Shown here in pieces: positions 26,782-38,695 of a DNA stretch of 64,000 bases (position 1 is the first letter of the stretch; every line of letters begins with the position of its first letter). The position numbers were made by a program, and so were the translations under genes. The stretch comes from Eledone cirrhosa (taxonomy: Eukaryota): positions 368,032,001 to 368,096,000 of the forward strand of contig OZ024740.1 in NCBI GenBank assembly GCA_964016885.1, given 5' to 3'. Below the pieces are notes generated by a model, which searched no databases, had not been told where the DNA came from, and was given only the letters and a program-made list of their open reading frames with translations.

Positions 26782-26899
26782 TGGGGATTCTTTTCTTTGC
26801 TTTTGTGCCTCTGCTTTGTTCTGTCCTACGCCATCTTGTTTCTCATCATGGCGTAGGACAGAACAAAGGAGAGGCACAAAAACAAAGAAAAAATCCCCA

Positions 26900-26942
26900 G
26901 TCACTGAAGAGGTCACATAATGTGTGACGAAAGAACTTTGAC
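26900..26942 (+). ncRNA. Type I hammerhead ribozyme, family G
   Basis: gtca CTGAAGA g gtcaca taatg tgtgac GAAA gaac TT tgac. Confidence 0.75.
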
Positions 26943-27140
26943 AATATATAAACAACCATCTGGTTGGGGAACCATCCAACCATCCGGAAATTTATAAATT
27001 CCTAAATTTATTATAATAAATTGAAGTGAAAGTTACTGGTGCGTGTGTTTCTTATTGGCAACATGACCCTCCCAAAGTATAACAATATCGGTTTCAACAC
27101 ACGTTTTCAGATAAAGAATCTTGCTAAACAAATTCAGAAA

Positions 27141-27203
<63 letters not shown>

Positions 27204-27365
27204 AATATAATTCAGCGAGAATCGTATTCGGCTGGTAGAAAAAGCGAAACGAAATCTTAGAAATGCTGGTAAGCGCGCAATAGTTAACAAAACTAGGGCT
27301 AAACAAAATGTTAAGACGCCATACAAACTGAAAAAGTGGTTAAGAAGGCATTAACCACATAATAA

Positions 27366-27396
<31 letters not shown>

Positions 27397-27488
27397 TTTG
27401 GTATACTACCAAACCAACTTTTTTAAATGGAAGTTGAACTATATTTATGGTACGTCAAATTTATTTATAAAACTGCTTATATATTGTA

Positions 27489-27550
27489 TTTTATCTGAAG
27501 AAGGCATGCCATATTTATAATATGGTATCCCTGAAATATGTATAATGAAA
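27489..27550 (+). ncRNA. Type I hammerhead ribozyme, family C (element about 27398-27595)
   Basis: ttttat CTGAAGA aggcatgccatatt..aatatggtatccct GAAA tatgta TA atgaaa. Confidence 0.8.
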
Positions 27551-27711
27551 TAAATATGGTTTTATAAATATAGTTTCCATTTGTTTAATATCGTGTATAT
27601 ATAGACATATTTACAACAGAGGGAGAAAGCCTAAAAATAGACGGATACATAGTCAGATAATCTAATTTGTTTCTAAATAACAGCGCTATATGTATATATA
27701 TATACATACAT

Positions 27712-27775
<64 letters not shown>

Positions 27776-28270
27776 ATGTATATATATATAGGTGGATGGG
27801 TAGGTAGGTAGGTATTTAAGCATCCATATCCAGAAATACACACACAGGTAAGGAACTAGAGAGACGTAGATACATCTGTAGACAGGCATTTAAATAGATA
27901 GATCGAGTGAGAGATAGACAGAGAGATATAAAGAAATATTTTCAACCATTATTGTAAAAGTTTAGATGTTAATATATATTAAAAATGTTGCAAGAACTGT
28001 TGGTGTCTCACACGACAACAGAGATACATTTGACAAGATCACACCCCAATTTATTCAAAGCGAGATTCATATGTTTATAATACATAGAGTTATGGTAAAA
28101 TAATTTATATACACATCTACTGTGAGCTTGCCCAATTAGTTCTACTGGGAATCAAAACTAAATAATTTTGTATTACATATTTAATTTCATATCAGATAAA
28201 GAGTGAATATAACTTTTCTGGATGCAATAGATGTCACAATAAGCGATGGATTCAAAACTTGATATAAATA

Positions 28271-28572
28271 ATTGTTTCTACTTTTGGCACAAGGCCAGCA
28301 ATTTCGCAGTGCATTACTTATACATTATTTTATCGACCCCGTAAGGATGAAAGGCAAAGTTAACCTCGGCGCGATTTGAGCTCAGACTGACAAGGGCCGT
28401 AACTCTATGCCTTAGAAGCATGGCGTCCGACCCTCTACCGATACTGCCAATCCACCGCCATTATATCCCGCCGAGGTTAATTTTGCCTTTCATCCTTATG
28501 GGGTCGATAAAATAAAGTACCAGTAATACACTGGGTAATTTGCTGGCCTTGTGCCAAAAGTAGAAACAATTA
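28271..28572. mobile_element. SINE pair: full minus copy (28271-28460) plus 5'-truncated plus copy (28465-28572)
   Basis: Same SINE family as 2553; tails point outward. Confidence 0.9.
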
Positions 28573-29386
28573 TATAAATAATATGCACATCACGCATATG
28601 TTACAATATTAATTTATGTTTCAATTATCTTAGCAACGTCTATAACATATATTATATATATAATATATTATATTTTCGATTTCATTCCATAGTTCACAAG
28701 GCAATGACCCAAATAATAATATTTGTGTGTATAATATAAATGATATCTGTTTCGTTACAAATTTATTAACAGTAAATACAGTGACAACGACAAAAATAAC
28801 ACACATAATCGGTCATGAATGTAATGTCAAGATTACCTAATATATCATTGTTTGTTCTATTTTCATGACAAACTAATTTGTGTATTTGTACATCTTTGGG
28901 TGTGTTTGTGTATATACTCAGCCAATAAAGTATAATACCGCCTCCAGATCGTTGCCATACGTTGATTGTTACACCGTTCATCAAAACATTTGTTAAACAA
29001 ATCTCTCACGTTCTCTCTTCCTATCTTCTCATATCTCTCCACTCTCTCTCGCTTCCTCTTTCTCTTTAAGTTTTCAAATTCGAGATATGTTAAATGAACG
29101 AACATACATATTGAAATAAACTGCATTGTATTTATTTAATATTATACATAAGCACGTTACGCTTATATACTCGGACAATGCTGCATACACACATATATGC
29201 ATATATATATGCACACGCATGGGGAAATACACACTCACTCACACAGACACACACACGCACGCACACACACACACACATATATATATATATAGTGGTGGAA
29301 CACTGGAAGGTAATATCCGTAGTGGTAGAGCACTCAGTCCAAGGGACGAGTTAGGTAGAAGTGGTTACACAACAGTTAGTTCACAA

Positions 29387-29430
29387 TACCGAGAACAATT
29401 GTTTCGCCTTCACGGATCTTCAGCTCGGTA
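29387..29430 (-). ncRNA. Type I hammerhead ribozyme, family B
   Basis: Minus strand: taccgag CTGAAGA tccgtgaaggc GAAA caattg TT ctcggta. Confidence 0.9.
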
Positions 29431-29599
29431 TGTGTATGGTTATAGGAACAGGAAGCACAACCGTACGAACGCGCATGCGCAGAACCTCGGTCACTACACA
29501 CAGGCAATACTAGACTTCGTGCGGGGAGTGTAAGGGAGATAACTGCGAAAGTCCGGAAAGTTTTTTGGTTGAAAATAAAATAAAAAAATTAAATTACAA

Positions 29600-31709
29600 A
29601 GAATCAGTCTGTAGTTATGCAATAGATGTTTGGTGACGTGTGGACAACGTGTGAAAAATTCACTTCTCGTGTTTAGGCAATCACTATTGCGTAATATCTT
29701 TAGGATAGTTATTCGTTCGTCAATACATAAGCCACACGTCGGATTTCCCCTTGCGTATGGCTTGGACTTAGTGATGGCTTTCCATTGAATGGAGTACCCT
29801 ATACTTGAGTCCTTGAGGGACCATACGTGGCTCGCGAGTTTCGTGGATGAACGTCTGTCCGGGTATCTGGAGGTAGACTGGTGGTTCAGGAAACGCTCCT
29901 TGAATCGGCCCTCCGACATGCCCACATAGGATTTGACCTCCTGTGGTTCGTTTGGTCGGCTGGAAGTGACCACAGCTTCATAGATTACAGCTGGTGTGTT
30001 GCATTGTTGTTGAAGGGGGCAAGCTTCAGGCTTACGGCAAGAGCACCCTGGTGGGGGTGTTGCTCCTAGGGCTGCTGGTGATGTGGGCCTTCATGTTCTC
30101 AGCGCAGGAGTATCCTAGTTTAACTTTGTGTCGGCTAAAGATGGAGCGGTATTTATGACCTATGGGGAAGTGTCTATCTAAGAGGGCTAGACATTTTTTT
30201 CCTACATTGGTTTAACTTTGAGTGAGAATGGAGGAGAGAACCAGATAGTTTGTCTATTGATGCGCTTACTTTTCTTAATGGTGCTGTTGCTAGTTGGAGA
30301 GTAGGTGATAGGTTGTGAGAAGCCGCTGTTAGCTATCGCCGTCTTATAGTAGGGTGCCGCCCTGTCAAAGATAGCCTTATTAGAGGAGAGGTTTGAGATT
30401 CTCGTACTGGTATTCTTAACGAAGTTTCTAAAAACAGTGGGGTGTGTGTGTGTGACATGAGTCCTTGTGAATGTAATTAAGTTTCTCGTTAAGCTTATGG
30501 AAGGGTCTGTGGGTGTGTGTGCGAAGGTCTAAATTAATGTCTAAGAAATCTACGCTAGAGAGGTTGGTGGCTACTGTTATCCTAAGGCCTAACTCATTGA
30601 AGGTAGAAGCTAAGTCTTTTTTTAAACCGGTGGAGGTCGTGACCACTTTTATGGCTCGATAAATCAGTCCATCGTCACGGTATATTCCCGTGTGGAAGCC
30701 CGGGAATCTAACACGTAATATGTCTAAGATAAAAAGGCCAACCAAGTCACATACGTCAGCACTGTCAAACGATCCCATGGAGACGTCGAACAGGTCTGAA
30801 GATGTAGACTTCTTTGCCCAGGTTACTCCGTCGTTGAAGAGGAAGGTTTTCCGGCAGAGAGCGATGATTTCCCTGTCTAAACCATCGACGGTGGTATAAG
30901 TGGTAGCGAAGTCCAACGCTTTGTTTAACAGAGTCTCTGAGATCGACGGGTAAAAATTGACAATGTCAAACTGTGTGAATTTCGTTCTTTTGGATTTTAA
31001 GGAGTTAACCTTTTAACTACGGAGTCGCTGTTCTCCCACTGGGGCAGGTTGGACTTGGTCCTAATGGTCTTAACTATGTTTCTAAGTATGGCCTTACTGA
31101 CTAGTACCATATCTGTGCGTGCCGGGTTTATTAGTCTACATGTGGGGTTAGAAGTAAAGTCTACCATGTGATCTTTCTGGGTGATGAACGCCTCCCGCTT
31201 AGCTAGAGATTGTAGCTTCTTATCTACCTTAAAGTCGGTGGCGAGTTCCTTGGCTTCTGTATTAATGCCGTGGTAGGCCATAGGGTTAGCTTTCTTATAT
31301 TTAGAAGTAATAGCGTTATGGGCCAGGTGGCGGAAAGTGGTGTTGTCGACTTCGTAAATATTATTAGTTTTGTCGGAAAGGACGAAGGTGTTATTAGAAG
31401 ACTTACATTTCTTAATATCGTTTCTGAGTTTCGTTTGAAAGGTGTTAGTGTGTTTGCGAAAGGAAATGTTAGCGACTAAGTCAAGAAGGTTCGTCTCGAA
31501 AGGAGCAAGTTCGGTTACCCTAGGAGGGCAGGCTCTCGATTAAGGTTGAAGATGTTGTTTGTGCCTGTAATTTTGCCGTCGAAAGCTAGGGCTCGTCATC
31601 TTAAACGTCTGACGACATCTTCCGCTTTTTGTAGGAGGAGCTTTTGGTAAACATGGTTGGAGAGAGCTGGAATGTTCTTCAGGGAGTAATTCAGTTCGTA
31701 TAAATCCAT
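29600..31709 (-). pseudogene. PLE polyprotein: N-terminal domain, reverse transcriptase, Cys-rich linker, GIY-YIG; frameshifted
   Basis: YSLKNIP, CRLINPA, QFDIVNFYPSIS, FDVSMGSFDSADVCDLVG, GIYRDDGL, VDFLDINLDL, SYVGMSEGRFKER, CGLC. Confidence 0.93.
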
Positions 31710-31909
31710 ACTGAAGTTGATGAGACACAAAATTGGGTAGGACACGAAGAAATATAGAGTGCTCTCAGGGTAGTAAGCCAAAGTCGCACGTGGTTAAGAA
31801 TCTGCTAAAAGCCAAACTTCTACGTAGTGAGGAGAATCTGCTGACCGTTGCTGGAGACGTAGATAGTGGTGGAACACTGGATGGTAATATCCGTAGTGGT
31901 CGAAGCTAA

Positions 31910-32942
31910 GTCTTTAAAAAGACATAGCTTCTACCTTCAATGAGTTAAGCCTTAGGATGACAGTAGCCACCAACCTCTCTAGCGTAGATTTCTTAGACAT
32001 TAATTTATACCTTCACACACACTCCTACAGACCCTTCCATAAGCTTAACGAGAAACTTAATTACATTCACAAGGACTCATGTCACCCCCCCCCCCCCCCC
32101 CCCCACTGTTTTTAGAAACATCGTTAAGAATATCAGTACTAGAATCTCAAACCTCTCCTCTAATAAGGCTATCTTTGACAGGGCGGCACCCTACTATAAC
32201 ACGGCGTTGGCTAACAGCGGCTTCTCACAACCTATCACCTACTCTACCCACTAGCAACAATTAAGAAAAGTAAGCGCATCAACAGACAAAATATTTGGTT
32301 CTCTCCTCCCTTCTCACTCAACGTTAAACCAATTTAGGAAAACAATTTCTAGCCCTCTTAGATAGACACTTCCCCATAGGTCATAAATACCGCTCAATCT
32401 TTAGCCGACACAAAGTTAAACTAGGATACTCCTGCGCTAAGAACATGAAGGCCCACATCACCAGCAGCCCTAGGAGCAACACCCCACCAGGGTGCTCTTG
32501 CCGTAAGCCTGAAGCTTGCCCCCTTCAACAACAATGCAACACACCAGCTGTAATCTATGAAGCTGTGGTCACTTCCAACCGACCAAACGAAACACAAGAG
32601 GTCAAATCCTGTGTGGGCATGGCACAGGGCCGATTCAAGAAGCGTTTCCTGAACCATCAGTCTACCTTCAGATACCCGGACAGACGTCCATCCACGAAAC
32701 TCGCAAGCCACGTATGGTACCTCAAGGACTCAAGTATAGGGTACTCCATTCAATGGAAAGCCATCACTAAGTCCAAGCCATACGCAAGGGGAAATCCGAC
32801 GTGTGGCTTATGTATTGACGAACGAATAACTATCCTAAAGATATTACGCAATAGTGATTGCCTAAACACGAGAAGTGAATTTTCCACACGTTGTCCACAC
32901 GTCACCAAACATCTATTGCATAACTACAAGGCTCCGGACTGA
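31910..32942 (+). pseudogene. Inverted PLE family B C-terminal half; GIY-YIG segment 32445-32942 is open
   Basis: CSCRKPEACPLQQQC, VIYEA, KLASHVW, CGLCIDE, LNTRSE, CPH. Confidence 0.9.
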
Positions 32943-33114
32943 TTCTTTTAATTTAATTTTTTTATTTTATTTTCAACCAAAAAACTTTCCGGACTTTCGC
33001 AGTTATCTCGCTTACACCCCCCGCACGCAGTCTAGTATTGCCTGTGTGAAGTGACCGAGTTTCTACGCAAGCGCGTTCGTACGGTTATCCTTCCTGTTCC
33101 TATAACCATACACA

Positions 33115-33158
33115 TACCGAGCTGAAGATCCGCGAAGGCGAAACAATTGTTCTCGGTA
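33115..33158 (+). ncRNA. Type I hammerhead ribozyme, family B
   Basis: taccgag CTGAAGA tccgcgaaggc GAAA caattg TT ctcggta; 7-bp stem I, palindromic stem III. Confidence 0.9.
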
Positions 33159-33185
33159 TGGTGAACTAACTGTTGTGTAACCACA

Positions 33186-33269
<84 letters not shown>

Positions 33270-33273
33270 CATG

Positions 33274-33348
<75 letters not shown>

Positions 33349-33351
<3 letters not shown>

Positions 33352-33691
33352 CGAAGGCCATATTCACTTGATTCAGGTTTACTTAAAACTCGGTTATACA
33401 TATTTCACTGAGGACTATGTTTTATGAGCTCCGCAGGCGGCAAAACCTACAATACGCTCGAAGAAACAATACCGCGCGTTCGTTCAGCCATCTTTATCAT
33501 GAAAAGAAAATCTTTATTTCGGCAAAATTATTAGATTTTTTTCAAATTTACAGGTTCCATAGGAACTTTGTATTTTTATTGTAAGTTCTCCCCTCTGAAG
33601 AGCTAAGGCTATCATAATTGATTGTCTTCAGTGAAATATGTTTAACGGCGTTTAAGAATAAACCTGAATTAAATGAACATGGCCTCCGATC
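33349..33691. mobile_element. Diverged foldback element with a degenerate HHR-like motif (33595-33645)
   Basis: 33349-33415 inverted at 33624-33691; CTGAAGA...GAAA tatgt present but stem I is poor. Confidence 0.55.
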
Positions 33692-34335
33692 TTTTATTAA
33701 TATATATGTACCATTTTACAGGTCGTTCATACCAACATATATTCTTCTAATTTTATAAGTAAAAACAAAAATGATTATTGATAATGAGGTAATGCCATTT
33801 ACCCCAATTTATAATCACTATCTCTTACAATTTTACAAGTTACTGACATTTCAGAGCAATCTTCGTTAAATGCTTGGTATATACATAATATTTCATATGG
33901 GATATATTTTTATTATTTGAATTTGGTAAAATATATTTGTTCTGTTACATTCTGAAGAAATGCAGTTGTTATATGAACAATATCATAAGCAAATGATTGA
34001 AAATTAAGCATTTCCGATCGATTTATGTTTTTTATATGCCTATACTATTGTTAGCTGCATTGAAAACTACGAAGACGTTAAATAATGGATTTAAGTTGTT
34101 AACCTTGCTTGTTCTCTATTTTAAATATCAATTCTCTGTTACCTTTAATGTTCTCAACACCAAGAACTTTAACCTTCGAAGAATATTTATTCTGTTTTAA
34201 ATTTCACATGGGCTGAGGATGTTAGTGCGCATTGAGCTTCTTTCGCTTCTTCAAAAGTAATTATGGAATATTCCATTATAATCACCGATATATATATATT
34301 AGAAAAGGGAACTAACGTTCTATAGAAAACAGTGG

Positions 34336-34410
<75 letters not shown>

Positions 34411-34455
34411 TATGCACAGGCATACAAATAATAGAAACACACTATCGTTGCTTAC

Positions 34456-34626
34456 CTCTTCCAATATTTGTTTGTATCTCATGTTTTCGTCAATTATAAA
34501 GGTCAGCTTTTGGTGCAGTTCCGTATTAGGCGGTTCAACACTAATCTGTTTGGATGAAGGTTTTTTAAAAGTTGCTCTCATTCTTGCACGTTCATCTCCT
34601 TTAGGGTCTCTTTTAAGTTCTATTAT
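34456..34626 (-). CDS. Candidate host exon (57 codons, phase 0), protein unknown
   Basis: tatttcAG acceptor, GAG|GTAAGC donor, open frame IIELKRDPKGDERARMRATFKKPSSKQ...YKQILEE. Confidence 0.45.
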
Positions 34627-34851
34627 CTGAAATATAATAAGAATATATTTAGTTACCTTTAGCTAGTATTAGGTTAGTTGACATCAGAAATGAAAAATTA
34701 ACTTTTAGATTCACTTTATTTGTAGGAGTGAGGACGAGAGGAATTAAAGTGAAAACGTTTTCGTCACTTTTGTTTCATACAAGGATATGATAAAATAATT
34801 TGGGGCGTTTGGGAATAGTGAGGTAGTTGTGAGAGAAAGTGAGACAGAGAG

Positions 34852-34888
<37 letters not shown>

Positions 34889-35302
34889 GAGAGGGAGAGA
34901 GATAGATAGAGAGAGAGACAGACAGACAGACAGAGAGAGACAGACAGAGAGAGAAAGAGGAGGGTGTGGCGAAATGTATCAGGCTTTTGGGTTACGTGGT
35001 GATGGTGAGAGCGAACAAGTGTGGATTTTAACGTGAATTTCGAAGGAGAAAAATGTGTTGTCCCAAAAGAATGTGGCGCTGTTTTATTACGTTTGAAGAT
35101 CTACAATCCATTACTAACACATGTATCAAACATATTTATATATCCCCAATCACGTCGAGAAAATTGTTATTATCCCAGATTTAAAGTTAAAGCGAACAAT
35201 TTTGACTCTTACTCATATACTGAATCAGCAGAATATCCCGTATAAGGATGAAAGCATAAATTGTTTTCTTAAAGTTTAAAGTAATACAAAGTATATATAT
35301 AT

Positions 35303-35489
35303 AAGAAATTCTTAGTAGAAGACATTAATCTATGAACTAAAGAATCGCGACCATAGATCATTCTTCTTTTCTTGTTTACTTCCTGCACTCTTTGCGTTTA
35401 AAGCCCATTTACTCTGCCACGGTGATCATATGCAAGGTTATGAGACGGATTTCTGTACACACATGCATACACACACATACACACAAACG

Positions 35490-35523
<34 letters not shown>

Positions 35524-35800
35524 ATATATGTGTGTGTGTATATGTGTGTTTGTGTGTATTTATATATGAGTGTGCTTGTGTTATGTGTATGTGTGTGTAA
35601 TTGTCTGTTTGTGTGTATGTGTGTGCATGCATGTGTATGCATGTGTGTACAGAAATCCGTCTCATGACTTTGCATATGATCACCGTGGCAGAGTAAATGG
35701 GCTTTAAACGCAAAGAGTGAAGGAAGTAAACAAGAAAGGAAGAATGATCTATGCTCTCGATTCTTTAGTTCATGGATTAATGTCTTCTACTAAGAATTTC
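35303..35800. mobile_element. Foldback/MITE-like element with ~165-bp inverted arms around microsatellite
   Basis: 35303-35470 is a near-perfect reverse complement of 35632-35800. Confidence 0.85.
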
Positions 35801-36619
35801 TTTCTATATGCAGCAAATGCCACAGAGTGGTTCCTGTCGAATAATGCAATGTGTCTATAAGGGGGGTGAATGGCGATGTCTTGATATATTATCTACTGAA
35901 ATTAGGCCAGTGGTTTGGCTGAGATTAAACACGCATATACTATCGGTTGTGTCATTAAGATTCAATTACGAATCAAGATGCATTATCTTCATGCCCTTTA
36001 GAACAGTATGATGATCAGAACTAAGCGTCAAAAATGAAAGGACAGATATAGATATACATGTGCATGTTCATATACACACTTATACAATTACATAAACGTA
36101 TATACATATGTGTATATGTGTATGTATGTGTATGTGTGTATATATGCACATATATACATATGTATGTATGTATGGTCCCGTAACTCTTTGTAGAGTTGTA
36201 GGGACGCCGTATGACATACGGAGGGCTTGGGCACTTTAGGCATATATACATTTATGAACATATATATGTATACGTGCGTATAAGGGTATATGTGCAGACA
36301 ACAACATGATCATTTATGGAGAAACAACAGTCGATCAGAAAGACCAATCGATATTCCAACTTTCCCAAATTTCGACATTCAAAGAGCGAAATATATTACG
36401 ATCCCTGTCTGAAACAGAAAAATCTTTCGCGAAAATTCGATGGAATCTTAATAAACGTACCAATAACAATGGCATCTGCAACAAAACGCCAATATCAATG
36501 AGCATAGCAACACAAGTAACAACATCAAATGTAATGATAATAGCTCTCATTATGTTGATGGTAAAAACGCAAACGATATTAACATTAACAACAACAACAG
36601 AATTAATTATAATAATTTT

Positions 36620-37046
36620 TTTTTCTACTTTTGGCACTAGGCCAGCAATTATCCCAGTGCATTACTTAATTTGGCAGTATCGGTAGAGGGTCGGACGCCA
36701 TGCTTTGACGCATAGAGTTACGGCCCTTGCCATTCTGAGTTCAAATCCCGCCGAGGTTAACTTTGCCTTTCATCCTTACGGGGTCGATAAAATAAAGTAC
36801 CAGTAGTACACTGGGTAATTGATGGCCTTGTGCCAAAAGTAGAAACAATTACTTAATTATATTAATTGTTTCTACTTTAGGCACAAGGCCAGCAATTACC
36901 CAGTGCTTTACTGGTACTTTATTTTATCGACACCGTAAGGATGAAAGTCAAAGTCAACCTCGGCGGGATTTGAACTCAGATCGTAAAGGGACGTAACTAT
37001 GCTGGAAAGCATGGTGTCCGACCCTCTACCGATACTGCCAATCCAC
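36620..37046. mobile_element. SINE cluster: inverted tail (36620-36665), plus copy (36670-36850), minus copy (36864-37046)
   Basis: Same SINE family. Confidence 0.9.
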
Positions 37047-37344
37047 TGATAATGTTGACAAGAACGAATGCCTGAAGTTAGAAAGAAACAAAATCATTGA
37101 CAAATCAGTAGGGATTAATAGAAGCAGTAGAAAAGAATGGTACACATTAGAAGAAATTGTACTTGAGGTCGCAGTGTTTGTGACAAATAAACCATAATTT
37201 ATAACATAAAAGTGAAATTAAAGTCAAATATCCGTGTATTTCTATTTGCAAAATTGAAAAAAATGATCATTCCTAAAAAAAAAACAATTCTTGTACACAT
37301 ACACACTCGTACACTTACACACACACACATACACACATACACGT

Positions 37345-37380
<36 letters not shown>

Positions 37381-37874
37381 ACACATACACATGCACACCC
37401 ACCCACCCACACACGAACACATACACATGCACACACACATACACACACACACATCAGCACATGTTTACAGTCAGTTCGCAATTAGCGTTGTATAGTGCGG
37501 TTGCTATGACAATTTAACAGCTCTTTTCTTTATGTCAACATCAGCTAGTCTAGTTCTGTTTTGTTTTTTTAGAAAGGAACGAATACATAATGAACAAATA
37601 CAGATTTGTTACTTATTATTTCTTTATTTAATTGACATATACACGAACACGCTACATACATGTACAATATTAATGTACCAGACAAACCTAGACATCACCA
37701 CGAACAATATATAGACCATTTCATATATATCTACGTTGATAAACACAAATAATTTAAAACAACACACACACTCACATGTACTCCTTTTCCTATATGATAT
37801 TTCCTATCTAATATTTTACTTTCCTGATAAAGGACTAACGTACAATACTTTCGTTTGTATTTCTGTGCTTGCAC

Positions 37875-38065
37875 GTGACTCGGACGCCAGGCTTTGCAAC
37901 ATAGTGTTACAGCCCTTTATGATCTGAGTTCAAATCCCGCCGATGTTAACTTTGCTTTTCCTCCTTACGAGGTAGATCAAATAAAATACCAGTGACGCAC
38001 TGGATTCCATTTAATTGATTTTCCCCTCCCACCCAAATTGCTGGACTTGTGTCTATATAAGAAAC
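37875..38065 (+). mobile_element. Older SINE subfamily copy
   Basis: B box gagttcaaatccc and degenerate core. Confidence 0.7.
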
Positions 38066-38120
38066 CATTATACACACACATACACACATGCACATACACA
38101 TACACACACACACAAACACG

Positions 38121-38152
<32 letters not shown>

Positions 38153-38349
38153 CGTGTGCGTGTGTTTGTGTGTGTCTTCGGGAGAACTCAAGAAGCGTCA
38201 CAGGTGATGAATAGCGAAACGGCCACTAAATATTATTGTTAGTTGCGGTTCAAGCAGGCTCCTGGTTGACGAATAATCAGGCACGTATCAACTGATGTAA
38301 ACTTCTAAAAGAAATGGAGTAATGAGTGACACAGTTGTTCCCAAGAAAG

Positions 38350-38470
38350 CTCTCACAACACTGTGTTATTGGCTGTTCTCAACACCTTGGGCTTTTTGGT
38401 GTTAATTCCAAGACCGATCTTTTCTGCACTCTCTTCCAGGGATGTTGTTAGAGTCTGCAGATCAGCATAT
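38350..38470 (-). mobile_element. RTE-like RT fragment
   Basis: ADLQTLTTSLEESAEKIGLGINTKKPKVL. Confidence 0.55.
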
Positions 38471-38559
38471 ATATATACAGGCATATATATATATATGTGT
38501 GTGTGTGGGTGGTGTATGTGGGTGGGGGATGTATGTGTGTGTGTGTATAATAATGGTTT

Positions 38560-38695
38560 ATTATATAGGCACATGGCCAGCAATGTTGGGGGAGGGGAAA
38601 GTCGATTAAATCGAACCAGTACATGACTGGTACATTATTTTATTGACCATAAAATGATGAAAGGCAAAGTTAACCTGGGCGAGATTTGAACTTGA
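38560..38695 (-). mobile_element. Older SINE subfamily copy, 5'-truncated
   Basis: gatgaaaggcaaagttaacct...gatttgaact. Confidence 0.7.

Larger units (their letters stand above)
26580..27142. mobile_element. Family G non-coding foldback element with two hammerheads
   Basis: 26580-26835 is the reverse complement of 26846-27088; right arm extends about 55 bp further; TA flanks. Confidence 0.9.
29291..33184 (-). mobile_element. Penelope-like element family B: near-complete minus copy (29291-31900) plus inverted 5'-truncated plus copy (31903-33184)
   Basis: RT and GIY-YIG coding, an HHR in each arm, 36-bp direct repeat 29291-29326 / 31865-31900, microsatellite flanks. Confidence 0.95.
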
